NCBI GenBank assembly: GCA_965248755.1
Contig: OZ252149.1
Span: forward strand, 2,560,001 to 2,624,000
DNA: 64,000 nt
Direction of reading: 5' to 3'
Source: Candidatus Latescibacterota bacterium
Lineage (GTDB): Bacteria > Latescibacterota > CBDEFO01
Part shown: piece by piece, positions 1 to 10,641 of the stretch
Layout of the letters: each line of letters starts with the position of its first letter
How positions within the stretch are numbered: position 1 is the stretch's first letter
Position numbers and translations under genes: made by a program
Notes under the pieces: generated by a model
Told to the model about the DNA's origin: nothing
The model's input: the letters and a program-made list of their open reading frames with translations, nothing else
The model's database searches: none

Positions 1-649
1 TCGTATCCGCACCAGGCACACAGGCTGTTGTGGCTGAAATGCAAGGGGCCCACATGTCCATGGAGATCGCCTGAACCGCTTCCCACGCCTCCTCGGTGAA
101 AAGCTGGAAGTAGGCCTCCAGGCTCTCCTGTTTGCGATCCTCTCCAACGTATTCGATGACGCCTTTCTGAAGATCGCAGAGGATCGTTTCGTACTTCTGG
201 CGTTTGGCGAAGGATTTCTCGTCCACGCCAAGATAGGGGGGACTGGCCGCGTTTGACGGCTCGTTCCATTATGCCCCAGCAGCGATTCCAGCTCAGACCA
301 GTCAAACGGCTGGCGGCTTCGATTGCTGTGCTCCTTCTCCAGATCGATGAGGTGGCACTCCAGACCCCTCCTGAGGTCGGATTCCGGCTGTGCCCATTCC
401 GAGATCACACACCGCACCCTGTGCTCTTTGCACTTCCACGCGCGGCAGGTGTGTAGATGCTGCCACTCACGCTACGCAAGGTGATCGTAGCCCGAACAGT
501 AATGGTCGAACTCCGGGCACGGCATCTGGATGCCCGGTTCGTGGTCTACATATGGCGATCTGCTCCGGCGAGTCGCTGAGCCGGACTTCCTTCACATATC
601 AGGGACGCCGAATCCCCAGGGGGCGCGTGTAACGCTCTGTATCCTTCAA
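1..649 (-). pseudogene. Decayed ISL3-family transposase (runs off the window's left edge)
   Basis: Manual minus-strand translation: LKDTERY..LGIRRP*YVKEVRL..., then LGVDEKSFAKRQKYETILCDLQKGVIEYVGEDRKQESLEAYF...AISMDMW (ISL3 motifs), broken by stops and frameshifts. Confidence 0.85.
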
Positions 650-749
650 TGTAGGCCCTCCCAACATCCGGTAGTAAAGGCTGAACTGGTCACGCTAATA
701 TACCACAAAATGTTGGGGGCACCCACACTATTCTCAGGAGACATAGAAC

Positions 750-3056
750 TTATTCCACCCAGATCCGGCCCAGCGGCTGGTAGTCGTACTGCCCCCTCCA
801 GGGTTTGAGCGTTTGCAGGGGCGTGAGGGTCTGGATCGATTTTCCCTTGTAGGTGCCTTCGACCTGGCCGGTGGGCCGGTTGACCATGACGGCTAAAGTG
901 TAGAGGCCTGCCGGGATGTAACCGGGGATTTTGAAGATAAAGCGGTCTTTTTGATACCACCCCACCGGGAGGTCTTTGGGGATGATTTCGAGGTGCTTGG
1001 AGGCCGAAAAGCCGTGGGCCGAGGGGATTTCCATGCGGTCGTTCACGAAGGCGAATTCAGCGATGAACTTGGCATTGGCCGCACCGGTGCGCTGAACCAC
1101 GAAGGTGAGTTCAAAGAGTTCGCTCCTCTGCACGATGCCGTCGATCAGTCCGGAACCAAAGGGGAGGGGCGTTCCGAGGGTCTTTGAAACGCCCCGGTCC
1201 AGGCCCTCGATCTCGAAGCCGACGAAGCGGAGGTCTTTGAAATAGTCCCCTTCCGAACGGACGACCACCGGCGGGGGCTGCGAGGAGGCCTCGGCGGGAG
1301 GCTTCGGCTCGATTTTGAGGAGGTGGGGATCGACGGGGGAGCGCACGGTCCGAAAGTGGTCGTATTCCGCGGGCATCCGGTCGTCTAAAATGGTGTGGAT
1401 GGGGCGGCCCGGGAAATCTTCGAGGAGGCCGTTGAGGATGCGTAACCGATCGGCGACGTTGAGGCTCAGGCGAAGGTCCCTGGCGTTGCGGACGAGGGGC
1501 CGGTCCAGGGCTATTTCACCCCTGAACCGGGGCGCCAGCCGCCCCAGGGTGTGGATGGTGATGTCCGGGCGAAGCCCGCGGACGATCTGGAAATACTTGT
1601 AGCGGGTGGCATATCCGTCATCTTCTCCGATGATGATGGCGTTTTCGGGGAGTCGTTCGAACTGCTCCTGAAGTTTTCGGTACCGAGTTTCGTCTCCGGT
1701 TATCCGGGTGACGGCGGGGTGGTGATGGATGAGCAGGTAGAGTGGCAGGGTCGAGGCGAGGGTTAGAGCGCTAACGACAGCCAGGGAGCGTGGGAGGCGC
1801 GATGGGAGGAATTGAATGATGCGGTGTAGACCTAGTCCGGCAAATGCGGTTAGGAAGAAAAACGACGGCATATAGAAGACGTCCCGGTCGGGTACCTGAT
1901 AGGACAGGACAGGGAAGAGGGTGCAGAGGAAGGCGATCAGAAGCATTGTGCCGAAAAGTCCCGATTCGTGGGGTGTTCGGGAGAAGATCAGGACGAGCAG
2001 GCCATGCCGTTCACGCCGGGGCTTCGCGCGCCTGGCTTTTCTTTCTACTTTTTTGCGTTCTTTCCTCGATTGCACAGCTCCCTGCTTTGGCCATTTTGGG
2101 CGACGTCTCAAGGGATCGATTGCCAGCGCGCCAATGCCGGCGACTGCGAGAATTGCCGCGACAGGCGAGCAGTTGGTCGAGTACGACCGTAGATATGACC
2201 AGACCAGAGCTGGATAGGAACCGAGGGGGACGCCCAGGATCTTTCCGGTTGTGAATTCTTCCCCGGAGAGATACCACCAGTACCACCGGGGCGACTGGAC
2301 CTCATAGCCGTTGAGGTAGACGAAGTCGCTGATAAACCCGCTGTTTTGGGCCAAACGGATCGGGATATAGACAAAAGGGACGAGACCGATGATCCCCCAG
2401 AAGGCCGCTCGGATTGCGCGGCCTTTTCTCCACTGACCGTTTTCGACCCATGCGCCGCTGCGAAGCGTCAGGTAGGCCGCGGCCGGGACAATAAGGGCCA
2501 TCAGGAGGATATTGCTGGTTGCGCTGAGGGCAAGGGTGAAGATGAGGAGATAGAGCGTTTGACCTTTTCGGGTGCGGAGCCAGCGGGCCGTGAGGTAGAG
2601 GAAGAGGCCGAGGAAGGTGAGTTGAAGGGCGTAGACCTCTGCGATGGCGGCGTGGATCCAGAAGATGAAGCCGAAGGCAAATACCCCCCAGACGCCGATG
2701 GCTGCCGCAGGGTTTTCGGTTGTTTCATAGATGGCCAAAGCCAGAAAGAGGGCGGCCAGTGCACCGCAGGTGACGGAGGTCAAGATGACCCCGACGTCCG
2801 GGCCGTCGAAGGGGAGGTAGGTGAAGAGGTGTGCTAGGATAAGGTAGAGGGGATGTCCCGGCGGGTGGTCAATGCCGAGGGTGTGCGCCGCGATGACCAT
2901 TTCCGCGCCGTCGATGGCATAGATCGTATCGAGAGCCCAAACCTGGGCCATGGTCCAGCAGTAGACCCCAAACGGGACGCCGAAGGCCAAGAGGTAGAGG
3001 AGACGCTTAGAGGACAGGATGCCGGATCTAAATAGATGCATGAACGTTTTTGACAC
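750..3056 (-). CDS. DUF2723/TMEM260-like multi-TM glycosyltransferase-family membrane protein
   Basis: DGAEMVIAAHTLGIDHPPGHPLY and AEVYAL motifs, many TM helices, soluble C-terminal domain. Confidence 0.8.
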   Translation of the reverse strand: MSKTFMHLFRSGILSSKRLLYLLAFGVPFGVYCWTMAQVWALDTIYAIDGAEMVIAAHTLGIDHPPGHPLYLILAHLFTYLPFDGPDVGVILTSVTCGALAALFLALAIYETTENPAAAIGVWGVFAFGFIFWIHAAIAEVYALQLTFLGLFLYLTARWLRTRKGQTLYLLIFTLALSATSNILLMALIVPAAAYLTLRSGAWVENGQWRKGRAIRAAFWGIIGLVPFVYIPIRLAQNSGFISDFVYLNGYEVQSPRWYWWYLSGEEFTTGKILGVPLGSYPALVWSYLRSYSTNCSPVAAILAVAGIGALAIDPLRRRPKWPKQGAVQSRKERKKVERKARRAKPRRERHGLLVLIFSRTPHESGLFGTMLLIAFLCTLFPVLSYQVPDRDVFYMPSFFFLTAFAGLGLHRIIQFLPSRLPRSLAVVSALTLASTLPLYLLIHHHPAVTRITGDETRYRKLQEQFERLPENAIIIGEDDGYATRYKYFQIVRGLRPDITIHTLGRLAPRFRGEIALDRPLVRNARDLRLSLNVADRLRILNGLLEDFPGRPIHTILDDRMPAEYDHFRTVRSPVDPHLLKIEPKPPAEASSQPPPVVVRSEGDYFKDLRFVGFEIEGLDRGVSKTLGTPLPFGSGLIDGIVQRSELFELTFVVQRTGAANAKFIAEFAFVNDRMEIPSAHGFSASKHLEIIPKDLPVGWYQKDRFIFKIPGYIPAGLYTLAVMVNRPTGQVEGTYKGKSIQTLTPLQTLKPWRGQYDYQPLGRIWVE

Positions 3057-3665
3057 TAGCCATTTTGTCTGTTCGCCTTGAGATTAAACCCTCAAGCTGG
3101 CTTTCGACATGTTCTCTGAGTCCCTGATCGACGGGGCTTGACGGGACTTTCGCGCCGGTGGCTTTGAGTTTGTCCGAACAGTAGATGCCATGGCAGATAA
3201 AGGAGCGGTACCGGGGTGGTCGGCGAGGTGCTGGCTGACCGGGACCTCCTCGATGTTGCGCTCGCGGGCGCCGAGGATGCAGACGACAATTCGGTCAATT
3301 GTGCAAATGGTCCCTATCTGACAACTCTAAGCCAACTAAAGCTAAGGGATTTATTCACCGTTGTCAACGAAATGTTTGACAAAGGGGTCTATGATAGTTA
3401 TCTTTTCAAATAATAGAAACTTCATCGGCGATCCGAAAGTCTAAAATCTATACGAAAGAGACAAACAAGTAGACAGCATACAGAGAGATTTCTTCGCTGC
3501 CCCTTCGCTTCGCTCTGGGCTTTGGCTCGCAATGACACGAGGGGTACTTGCAATAACGTTGCTTGCTCAGATCCTCAGTCATTGCCAGGGATGAAATCCC
3601 GAAGCAACGTCAAGTGAGGGGAAGAAGTGCCCCCTGACTACTGTCTACACAAAAAAGGGATCTTT

Positions 3666-4628
3666 ATGTCTTTTAGAAATGCCTTTTTATACTGGACGAT
3701 TCTGACGTTGTGCGTTGCAACTTGCACGTTTCATAAGTCAGAGGCGGCGACAAAGTTCGCCGGGGATTTTCTGGCATTTGGAGCCGGAGCAAGAGCTCTC
3801 GGTATGGGCGGAGCCTTCGTAGCAGTAAGTGACGACGCCACGGCTGTATACTGGAATCCCGCAGGCTTGACCCAATTGAGAAAAAAAGAGGCTATTGTGA
3901 TGCACTCGGAGCGGTTCGGAGGGGAGTTCAAATACGATTTGTTCGGCGTTGCTCTCCCGATAGAACAATTGGGAGGAGTCGGAATAAATGTCGTAAGAGT
4001 CGGATCGGATGACATCAAATTCACGGAACTTCCCGACCCATCGGAGGAGATCAGCGGAAGGAACCGCCCTCGGGTCTCAAAGATCGTAAGCAACACCGAT
4101 TACGGAATATTTCTTTCAAACGGACGGAGAGTCTTTACGGATCTTTCTTTAGGAGGAAGCATCAAGTTTATCACAAGGTCAATAGGTGATAATACGGCGT
4201 TCGGGTATGGGATAGACATAGGCGTCCTCTACACATCTTCGGTGGGGTTCTCGATAGGGCTCAATCTGGCGGACGTCACCTCTACGAAAATCACGTGGGA
4301 CACTGGAGCCAAGGATAAGATAGAACCCTCCTTAATCCTGGGTGCTGCATATACCTGGAACCTGCCCTTCCCGGAAAGCAAAATTACAGGGGCGTTCAGT
4401 TCAGATGTAGGAGGAGAATCATCCTCGGGGATAGACACAGGAACAAACAACAGCGGTGTAGAGTACTGGTACCGGGATACTATCGCTATAAGAGCCGGCT
4501 TCCAGGGGGGAAATCTCACGGCAGGTGCAGGCTTGAGGTTATATCGTAAATTCGGATTGGACCTGGCCTTTCTAAGCCACGATGATCTGGATAATACGTA
4601 CCCTATATCAGCGTCTTTACAGTTTTGA
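3666..4628 (+). CDS. PorV/PorQ (UPF0164)-like outer-membrane beta-barrel
   Basis: Signal peptide, GARALGMGGAFVAVSDDATAVYWNPAGL, terminal Phe. Confidence 0.8.
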   Translation: MSFRNAFLYWTILTLCVATCTFHKSEAATKFAGDFLAFGAGARALGMGGAFVAVSDDATAVYWNPAGLTQLRKKEAIVMHSERFGGEFKYDLFGVALPIEQLGGVGINVVRVGSDDIKFTELPDPSEEISGRNRPRVSKIVSNTDYGIFLSNGRRVFTDLSLGGSIKFITRSIGDNTAFGYGIDIGVLYTSSVGFSIGLNLADVTSTKITWDTGAKDKIEPSLILGAAYTWNLPFPESKITGAFSSDVGGESSSGIDTGTNNSGVEYWYRDTIAIRAGFQGGNLTAGAGLRLYRKFGLDLAFLSHDDLDNTYPISASLQF

Positions 4629-4633
4629 GGGCT

Positions 4634-5206
4634 ATGATAGAAAAGGTAAAAGATAGGTTAGAAGAGAGCGCACAGGTAAAAAGAAAGATGATTGAGGAAG
4701 GTTCCGCGGATGATATTGTAAGAATATCCGACTGCATCATAGAATCGCTCCATTCGGAGGGAAAGCTCCTTTTGTGCGGAAATGGAGGCAGCGCAGCGGA
4801 TTCCCAGCATATGGCCGCTGAGCTTGTGGGAAGGTTCAAGATAGATAGAAAGGGCCTTCCGGCCATATCGCTGACGACAGATACATCTATTTTGACGGCG
4901 CTGTCAAACGATTACGACTACGATTCAGTATTTTCCCGTCAAATAGAAGCCCTGGGCAAGGCGGGAGACACACTCGTGGCTTTCTCTACAAGTGGAAACT
5001 CCAAGAATGTCCTCGAGGCAGTGGAAATAGCCAAAAAGATGGGCATCCGGACAGTGGGATTCACCGGAGGCGACGGAGGAAAGCTCGTAAAAGCGGTGGA
5101 TATCTGCCTTGTGGTTTCTGCAGTGGGCTCCGACTTGATTCAAGAGGGGCATATTACCGCTTATCATATCATCTGCGGATTCATCGAAGAGGAATTCACC
5201 TCTTAA
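4634..5206 (+). CDS. gmhA: Phosphoheptose isomerase
   Basis: CGNGGSAADSQH, NDYDY..FSRQ, STSGNS, IQEGH. Confidence 0.95.
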   Translation: MIEKVKDRLEESAQVKRKMIEEGSADDIVRISDCIIESLHSEGKLLLCGNGGSAADSQHMAAELVGRFKIDRKGLPAISLTTDTSILTALSNDYDYDSVFSRQIEALGKAGDTLVAFSTSGNSKNVLEAVEIAKKMGIRTVGFTGGDGGKLVKAVDICLVVSAVGSDLIQEGHITAYHIICGFIEEEFTS

Positions 5207-5369
5207 TCCTTCCTGAAGATTCAACTTACCGAGCCTGTGCCTCATGCTTTGCCGGGCAGGCACGTGTTTCTCCTTGACTTTGAGGGATAAATAGTGTTTC
5301 ATTTTACGTAACATTTTCACAGCTGTCGCGAACGTGGAGGCTCCAATCGTCAATGGAGGTGATACCACA

Positions 5370-5909
5370 ATGGAAAGGCTGATTGCAATAATATTTGCAG
5401 GGATGTTAATTATATCTTTGTGGACAGGATGCGCCCTTGCGGGGCACAGTAGCGATAATGACGCGTTGACCGTCAAAGATATAATGGAGATGATCGCCGC
5501 GAAGGTCGGAGACGAAGTGATAATAAGTCAAATCGAGGCTACAGGCTCGGTCTTTCATCTCTCAACGCAAGAGATAATCGCTCTAAAAGATGCAGGTATA
5601 AGCGATAAAGTGATAAAAGCTATGATAGACACAGGGATGAAGAGTCCTTCCTATCAAAGACGGACGGGCTTCACAATCTCCCCGAAGCGCCGTTATCGTT
5701 ACAGCACTCCTTATTACTACCGGACGCTCCATCGTGAGGTTTATTACTATCCGTCGCACTTCCCCACAGTCTATTACTATCCATCGCATTTCCCTACCTT
5801 AATTATAGTGCACCGCAGCATTCATGGTAAGGATCACCAGATACATCAAAGGCATTTCAATCACGGGTCGCATACCGTCCATGGCTGGAAGAGAAAAGCA
5901 GGATTGTAG
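5370..5909 (+). CDS. Secreted hypothetical protein with helical repeat domain and Tyr/His-rich tail
   Basis: GGAGGT SD, signal peptide, LTVKDIMEMIAAKVGDEVIISQI / LKDAGISDKVIKAM. Confidence 0.7.
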   Translation: MERLIAIIFAGMLIISLWTGCALAGHSSDNDALTVKDIMEMIAAKVGDEVIISQIEATGSVFHLSTQEIIALKDAGISDKVIKAMIDTGMKSPSYQRRTGFTISPKRRYRYSTPYYYRTLHREVYYYPSHFPTVYYYPSHFPTLIIVHRSIHGKDHQIHQRHFNHGSHTVHGWKRKAGL

Positions 5910-5995
5910 TGGAAGTGGGTTTAGATGGGCAGATACTCCCTACATCGTGATTTAGACAAAATATAACCAAAACTTCTATACGCTGAAAAAGTCCG

Positions 5996-6709
5996 GTGAA
6001 GTCTCTCATAATCATACCCACCTACAACGAGAAAGAGAATATCCGGGAAATTATTCAGGAGATATTCAAGCTCAGTTTGTGCTTCGAGGTGCTCGTCGTA
6101 GACGACAACTCTCCCGACGGAACCGGAGAGATCGTTGATAGGCTTTGCGCCGATAATCCTAAAGTTCACGTCATACACAGACCCCGAAAGATGGGTCTGG
6201 GATCGGCCTATGAGGATGGTTTCAGATTCGCTTTAGAGAAAGATTACGACATCGTCTTTGAGATGGACGCCGATTTTTCCCACGATCCCGGTTATCTACC
6301 GATCTTCCTTGAGCAGATAAAGGAATGCGACCTCGTTTTGGGGTCTCGCTACATACGGGGGATCAGGGTTACAAACTGGCCCTTGGGAAGGCTCCTTTTG
6401 AGCTACTTTGCGAACATATACGCCAGAACAGTCACCGGCCTACCCGTAAAAGACACCACAGGCGGATTCAAATGCTTCAGACGAGAAGTCCTGGAGAGCA
6501 TAGACCTGGACAAGGTGAGCTCGGAAGGGTACTCGTTTCAGATCGAAATGACCTTCAGAGCCTGGAAGAAGGGCTTCAGGATATGCGAGATTCCCATAAC
6601 CTTTCGGGACAGACAGAAGGGCAAATCCAAAATGTCCTTTAAAATCAACAGAGAAGCCGTCTGGATGGTCTGGAAGCTGCGCCTGTTGGGAATCTTAAGG
6701 AGAATATAA
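5996..6709 (+). CDS. Polyprenol-monophosphomannose synthase-like GT2 (Dpm1 family)
   Basis: IPTYNE, VDDNSPDGT, EMDADFSHDP, GYSFQIE. Confidence 0.92.
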   Translation: MKSLIIIPTYNEKENIREIIQEIFKLSLCFEVLVVDDNSPDGTGEIVDRLCADNPKVHVIHRPRKMGLGSAYEDGFRFALEKDYDIVFEMDADFSHDPGYLPIFLEQIKECDLVLGSRYIRGIRVTNWPLGRLLLSYFANIYARTVTGLPVKDTTGGFKCFRREVLESIDLDKVSSEGYSFQIEMTFRAWKKGFRICEIPITFRDRQKGKSKMSFKINREAVWMVWKLRLLGILRRI

Positions 6710-6714
6710 CCAGT

Positions 6715-8403
6715 ATGGACCTTTCCGTTGTAATAGTAAGCTACAACGTCAAGAGCTTCCTGGAGCACGCCTTAAGAACCATAACAGACGCCTCACAGGG
6801 ACTTGAGGTGGAGATATTCACCGTTGATAACAACTCGGCAGACGGGAGCCCAAAGATGGTGGAGAGCCAGTTCCCCGACGTTCGGCTAATATGCAACGAC
6901 CGTAATGTAGGCTTTGCCAAAGCCAACAACCAGGCTATCCAACTTTGCAAGGGACGCCATATCCTCCTTATCAACGCTGATACCATAGTCCACCGGGATA
7001 CACTAAGAACTATGGTCAAATTTATGGACGAGTACAAGGACGCTGGGGCAGCAGGATGTAAGATTCTAAACCCTGACGGCACACTGCAGCTCTCCTGCAG
7101 GAGAGGCTTCCCCTCGCCCGATGTGGCGTTCTACAAGATAGTAGGGCTTTCCAACCTCTTTCCCAAAAGCCGCAGATTCGGAAGATACAATCTTACCTAT
7201 CTCGACCCCTCAAAGACTCACGAAGTAGACGCCCTGTCCGGGTCGTTCATGATCGTCAGGAAGGAGATACTCGACCAGGTCGGTCTTTTGGACGACAGGT
7301 GGTTTTTCTACGCCGAAGACCTCGATTGGTGCTATCGCATTAAGCAGGCCGGCTGGAAGGTCTATTACGTTCCCGAAACAGAGATAATACACTTTAAAGG
7401 CGAAAGCTCCAAGAAAGTTTCTAAGATCAAAGACCGCATAACATTCTACAGGGCGATGTACATATTCGTCCAGAAGCATTTTAAGAAGCGCCTCTTATTT
7501 ATCCCCTTGGAATGGTTTCTGACTGTGGGAATAATCTTAAGAGGGCTCATTTCCATCCTGGTAAGGACAGGGGAAAAGTTCCTTTGGCCTACAATCGACT
7601 CGGCTTTAGTCCTTTTGGGCCTATTTGTGGGCATAACACTGCGATTTGACGAGGATTTCATAATAAATAGAATATTGCAGGACTCCACAAAGCCGCCTGC
7701 CTTTTCCCAATGGGAATGGATAGCTATATACGTCTTCTGCTGGGCGTCCTGGCTTATATCCTTCTGGCTTTTGGGCCTGTATGACAGACATAAATATTCT
7801 CCTTTCAGAGCGCTTCTGGGAGTACTTACGGGCTATCTTCCCATAGCTTTTGCCGGATTCTCCTTCAGAGAGTACCACTTCTCCCGAATAGCGATGTTCT
7901 ACGCCTGGCCTATAAACTGTGCCTTCATCACCGGATGGAGAACTCTCTTCTACATAATATCTAAGGCACTGATAGGAAGGGACATAGGTAGGAGACGCTC
8001 GCTCATAGTCGGAGCAGAAGAAGAAGGCGCGTCGTTTATGCGGATGTTGAACGAGCAGCAATTGGACTATGAGGTGGTGGGATTTGTGGACTCAAGAGAG
8101 GAGATGAGAGGCAATTTAGTCGAAGGAAAAGGCGTTATAGGAGTCATCGATGACCTTCCCGCGCTGGTGCGTGAGTATAGAGTCGATGAAATCATAGTAA
8201 CCACCAAAGACGTGCCCTATTCAGATTTACTCGGACTCAGTCCGCGACTTTTTGGACCTGCCCTCCAACTCAAGCTTGTCCCCGGCTCTTTCGATTCCCT
8301 TATGAACGGAAGAAACATAGAGCACATTGACGACCTTCCCCTTGTGGAAATCGCCTACAGACCAAAAGGCATCTTGAACAGGATCTTCAGGAGAGATCTT
8401 TGA
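6715..8403 (+). CDS. GT2 glycosyltransferase fused to TM helices and a WcaJ-like Rossmann domain
   Basis: VDNNSADGS, NVGFAKANNQ, YAEDLDWC; C-terminal LIVGA..VVGFVD..VDEIIV. Confidence 0.85.
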   Translation: MDLSVVIVSYNVKSFLEHALRTITDASQGLEVEIFTVDNNSADGSPKMVESQFPDVRLICNDRNVGFAKANNQAIQLCKGRHILLINADTIVHRDTLRTMVKFMDEYKDAGAAGCKILNPDGTLQLSCRRGFPSPDVAFYKIVGLSNLFPKSRRFGRYNLTYLDPSKTHEVDALSGSFMIVRKEILDQVGLLDDRWFFYAEDLDWCYRIKQAGWKVYYVPETEIIHFKGESSKKVSKIKDRITFYRAMYIFVQKHFKKRLLFIPLEWFLTVGIILRGLISILVRTGEKFLWPTIDSALVLLGLFVGITLRFDEDFIINRILQDSTKPPAFSQWEWIAIYVFCWASWLISFWLLGLYDRHKYSPFRALLGVLTGYLPIAFAGFSFREYHFSRIAMFYAWPINCAFITGWRTLFYIISKALIGRDIGRRRSLIVGAEEEGASFMRMLNEQQLDYEVVGFVDSREEMRGNLVEGKGVIGVIDDLPALVREYRVDEIIVTTKDVPYSDLLGLSPRLFGPALQLKLVPGSFDSLMNGRNIEHIDDLPLVEIAYRPKGILNRIFRRDL

Positions 8404-9986
8404 ACACTTGTTTTCCCCTCTCTACTGTCTACTGGCTAATATCTGCTGTCCTTATCATCTCCTGCGCAGGGAAGGAAGAAAAAAGCAAAGACATCTTCCG
8501 ATTTAGAATCGGAGCAGACCCTCCCTCTTTAGATCCAGTCCACTCCACAGATACCATCTCAGGAGCCATCGTCTCGCACATATTCGACGGACTGGTGAAA
8601 CTGGATCCCGAAACTGGAGAAGTAGTCCCCGCCGTCGCCGACACCTTCTGGTCGTCTCAAGACGGAAAAGTATGGACCTTCCGTCTCAAAAAGGGCGTCC
8701 GCTTCCACAACGGAAGAGAAGTGGTAGCAAGGGATTTCCACTACTCCTTTGAAAGAGTGCTGTCCCCCGAAACCAGAGCCGAAAGGCCCTGGGTCCTCGA
8801 ACCAATATTAGGCGCAAGAGATTTTATAGACGGAATTGTCTTCAGCGTTGAGGGCATTCAGGCTGTAGATGACTATACACTGGTTATAACACTCGAAGAG
8901 CACTTCGCCCCGTTCTTGGTCCAATTGTGTATGGAGATAGCAAGTGTAGTGCCGGGCGAAGAAGTCGCAAAGTGGAAAGAGGACTTTTCATCCCATCCTG
9001 TCGGCTGTGGACCCTTCAAGTTTTCCGAATGGAAGCACGATGTCCAAGTGAGGCTCGAAAGATTCGACGACTACTATGGTCAAAGAGCCCATATAGATGG
9101 AATCGAATACCACATACTCCCGGACGTAAGCGTAGCCCTCGAAAAATACAAAGCGGGAGAGCTCGACCTCTTAGATGACATACCCCCAGGACAGGTCCGG
9201 TTCCTTAAGAGTAGATTCCCCGATGAAGTTAAGATATGGCCCGTTATGTCCATAAGATACCTGGGAATGGACCTTCAACGTGAGCCGTTCAGGGACAACG
9301 TCCTTTTAAGGAAGGCTATTAACTACGCAATAGACAAGACAAACCTGTGCGACGTAATAATGGAAGGGTGCGCCGTCCCCGCCAAGGGAGTCCTTCCCCC
9401 TTTGCTGTGGGACGGAAAAGAAAGGCTCGACGTGTACCCTTATAGTCCGAAAAAGGCAAAAGAGCTTCTGGAGGAGGCGGGATTCCCAGACGGAGAGGGA
9501 CTCCCAGAGCTTACCCTGTGGCATCCAAACAGCCAGGCCGAACAGAGGGTATGGCAGTTTGTTCAGGCCAATCTCCAGGACATAGGGATACGGACCAAGC
9601 TTAAGAGTCTCGATTGGGCGGTATATCTTTCGGTGGTTCGCCGAGGAAGGGCGCAACTTTTCAGAGGTAGTTGGGTAGCGGACTATCCTGACCCTCACAA
9701 CTTTCTCTACATACTTTTATACAGGAAAAACTTCGGAGAGGCGGGCAACTACGCAAGATATTCTAACCTCCAATTCGACGCTCTGGTTGAGGAAGCCAAA
9801 AGGGAGTGGGATCCCCATAAGAGGAGAAAACTCTATAGAGAAGCCGAGAGCATAGCCGTCGAAGATGTCCCCTGGGCCTTTCTCTTCCACGCAAGCGACA
9901 GGATGATGATAAAGTCCGAATGGAAAGGAGTCGTCCTTTCCCAGCAGGGAGACTGGATGATTCCACTTGAGAGGGTGTATAAGTGA
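8400..9986 (+). CDS. ABC transporter substrate-binding lipoprotein, family 5 (peptide/nickel)
   Basis: Lipobox IISC, DPPSLDP, F.L..GVRFHNG, HPVGCGPF, W.ADYPDP. Confidence 0.92.
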   Translation: MNTCFPLSTVYWLISAVLIISCAGKEEKSKDIFRFRIGADPPSLDPVHSTDTISGAIVSHIFDGLVKLDPETGEVVPAVADTFWSSQDGKVWTFRLKKGVRFHNGREVVARDFHYSFERVLSPETRAERPWVLEPILGARDFIDGIVFSVEGIQAVDDYTLVITLEEHFAPFLVQLCMEIASVVPGEEVAKWKEDFSSHPVGCGPFKFSEWKHDVQVRLERFDDYYGQRAHIDGIEYHILPDVSVALEKYKAGELDLLDDIPPGQVRFLKSRFPDEVKIWPVMSIRYLGMDLQREPFRDNVLLRKAINYAIDKTNLCDVIMEGCAVPAKGVLPPLLWDGKERLDVYPYSPKKAKELLEEAGFPDGEGLPELTLWHPNSQAEQRVWQFVQANLQDIGIRTKLKSLDWAVYLSVVRRGRAQLFRGSWVADYPDPHNFLYILLYRKNFGEAGNYARYSNLQFDALVEEAKREWDPHKRRKLYREAESIAVEDVPWAFLFHASDRMMIKSEWKGVVLSQQGDWMIPLERVYK

Positions 9987-10030
9987 GCTTAATCACTCTG
10001 GTGAGCTTAATCACTCTCTTTTCCCCTTTT

Positions 10031-10258
10031 CTAACAATTTGGACAACGGAATCAGTTCCAGAAAAGCCAGTGCCCTGCTGTAATTCCGTCTTTCCAGATA
10101 ATGCCGCAGCATAATGGGGGCCTCCGAACCCATCTGGGTTTTCAGTCTTTCTATGATCTCTATCTGGCCGGCAATAGTTAGGCCTTCCTTTTCTGTCCCA
10201 TCGAGTCGGAGTAAAGTTGCTATAGCATCGCGCAATTGTTCAGCAAGATCGCATGCAT
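10031..10258 (-). pseudogene. Frameshifted paralog of the 10642-10878 small protein
   Basis: Near-identical core (QIEIIERLKTQMGSEAP.MLRHYLE); 1-nt loss just after the ATG and a shifted C-terminus. Confidence 0.7.
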
Positions 10259-10299
10259 TTCAATATACTCCCCCTTTACAATTTTGCTAGAGGAATCTC

Positions 10300-10440
10300 T
10301 GCTCCTTTAGAGGTCCCTGTGAGATCCGTCAGAGAACGGCTGATCTTTCGGGCGTCCGCATCGTTACCAAATAGGTATCAGGCTCAAGCTAACGGGTGAT
10401 GGGACTTCTAGCTGCAATTACTGGTTTACCGCTTATATCA
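10300..10440 (-). pseudogene. Decayed CDGSH iron-sulfur protein copy
   Basis: KPVIAARSPITR*LEPDTY / RCGRPKDQPFSDGSH with stop, frameshift and Cys loss. Confidence 0.75.
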
Positions 10441-10641
10441 CTTCTCTCCTTGCTGAACAGCCCCACTTAAAGAGAGTCGTTTGAAGAGGAAGACGCTTAC
10501 TGGGCGTTTCTCTTATACGCAAGCGAAAGGATGTTGATAAAACCTAACTTGAAAGGAGTCGTCCTTGCCCATCAGGAGGACTGGGCAATACCGCTTGAGA
10601 GGCTCTACAGGAGAATTTGATCAGCCTTTTTCCAAGGGCAC

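Noticed and set aside
9982..10017. 18-bp direct repeat GTGAGCTTAATCACTCT x2
   Set aside because: Only two units at a convergent gene end; most likely a local slippage duplication
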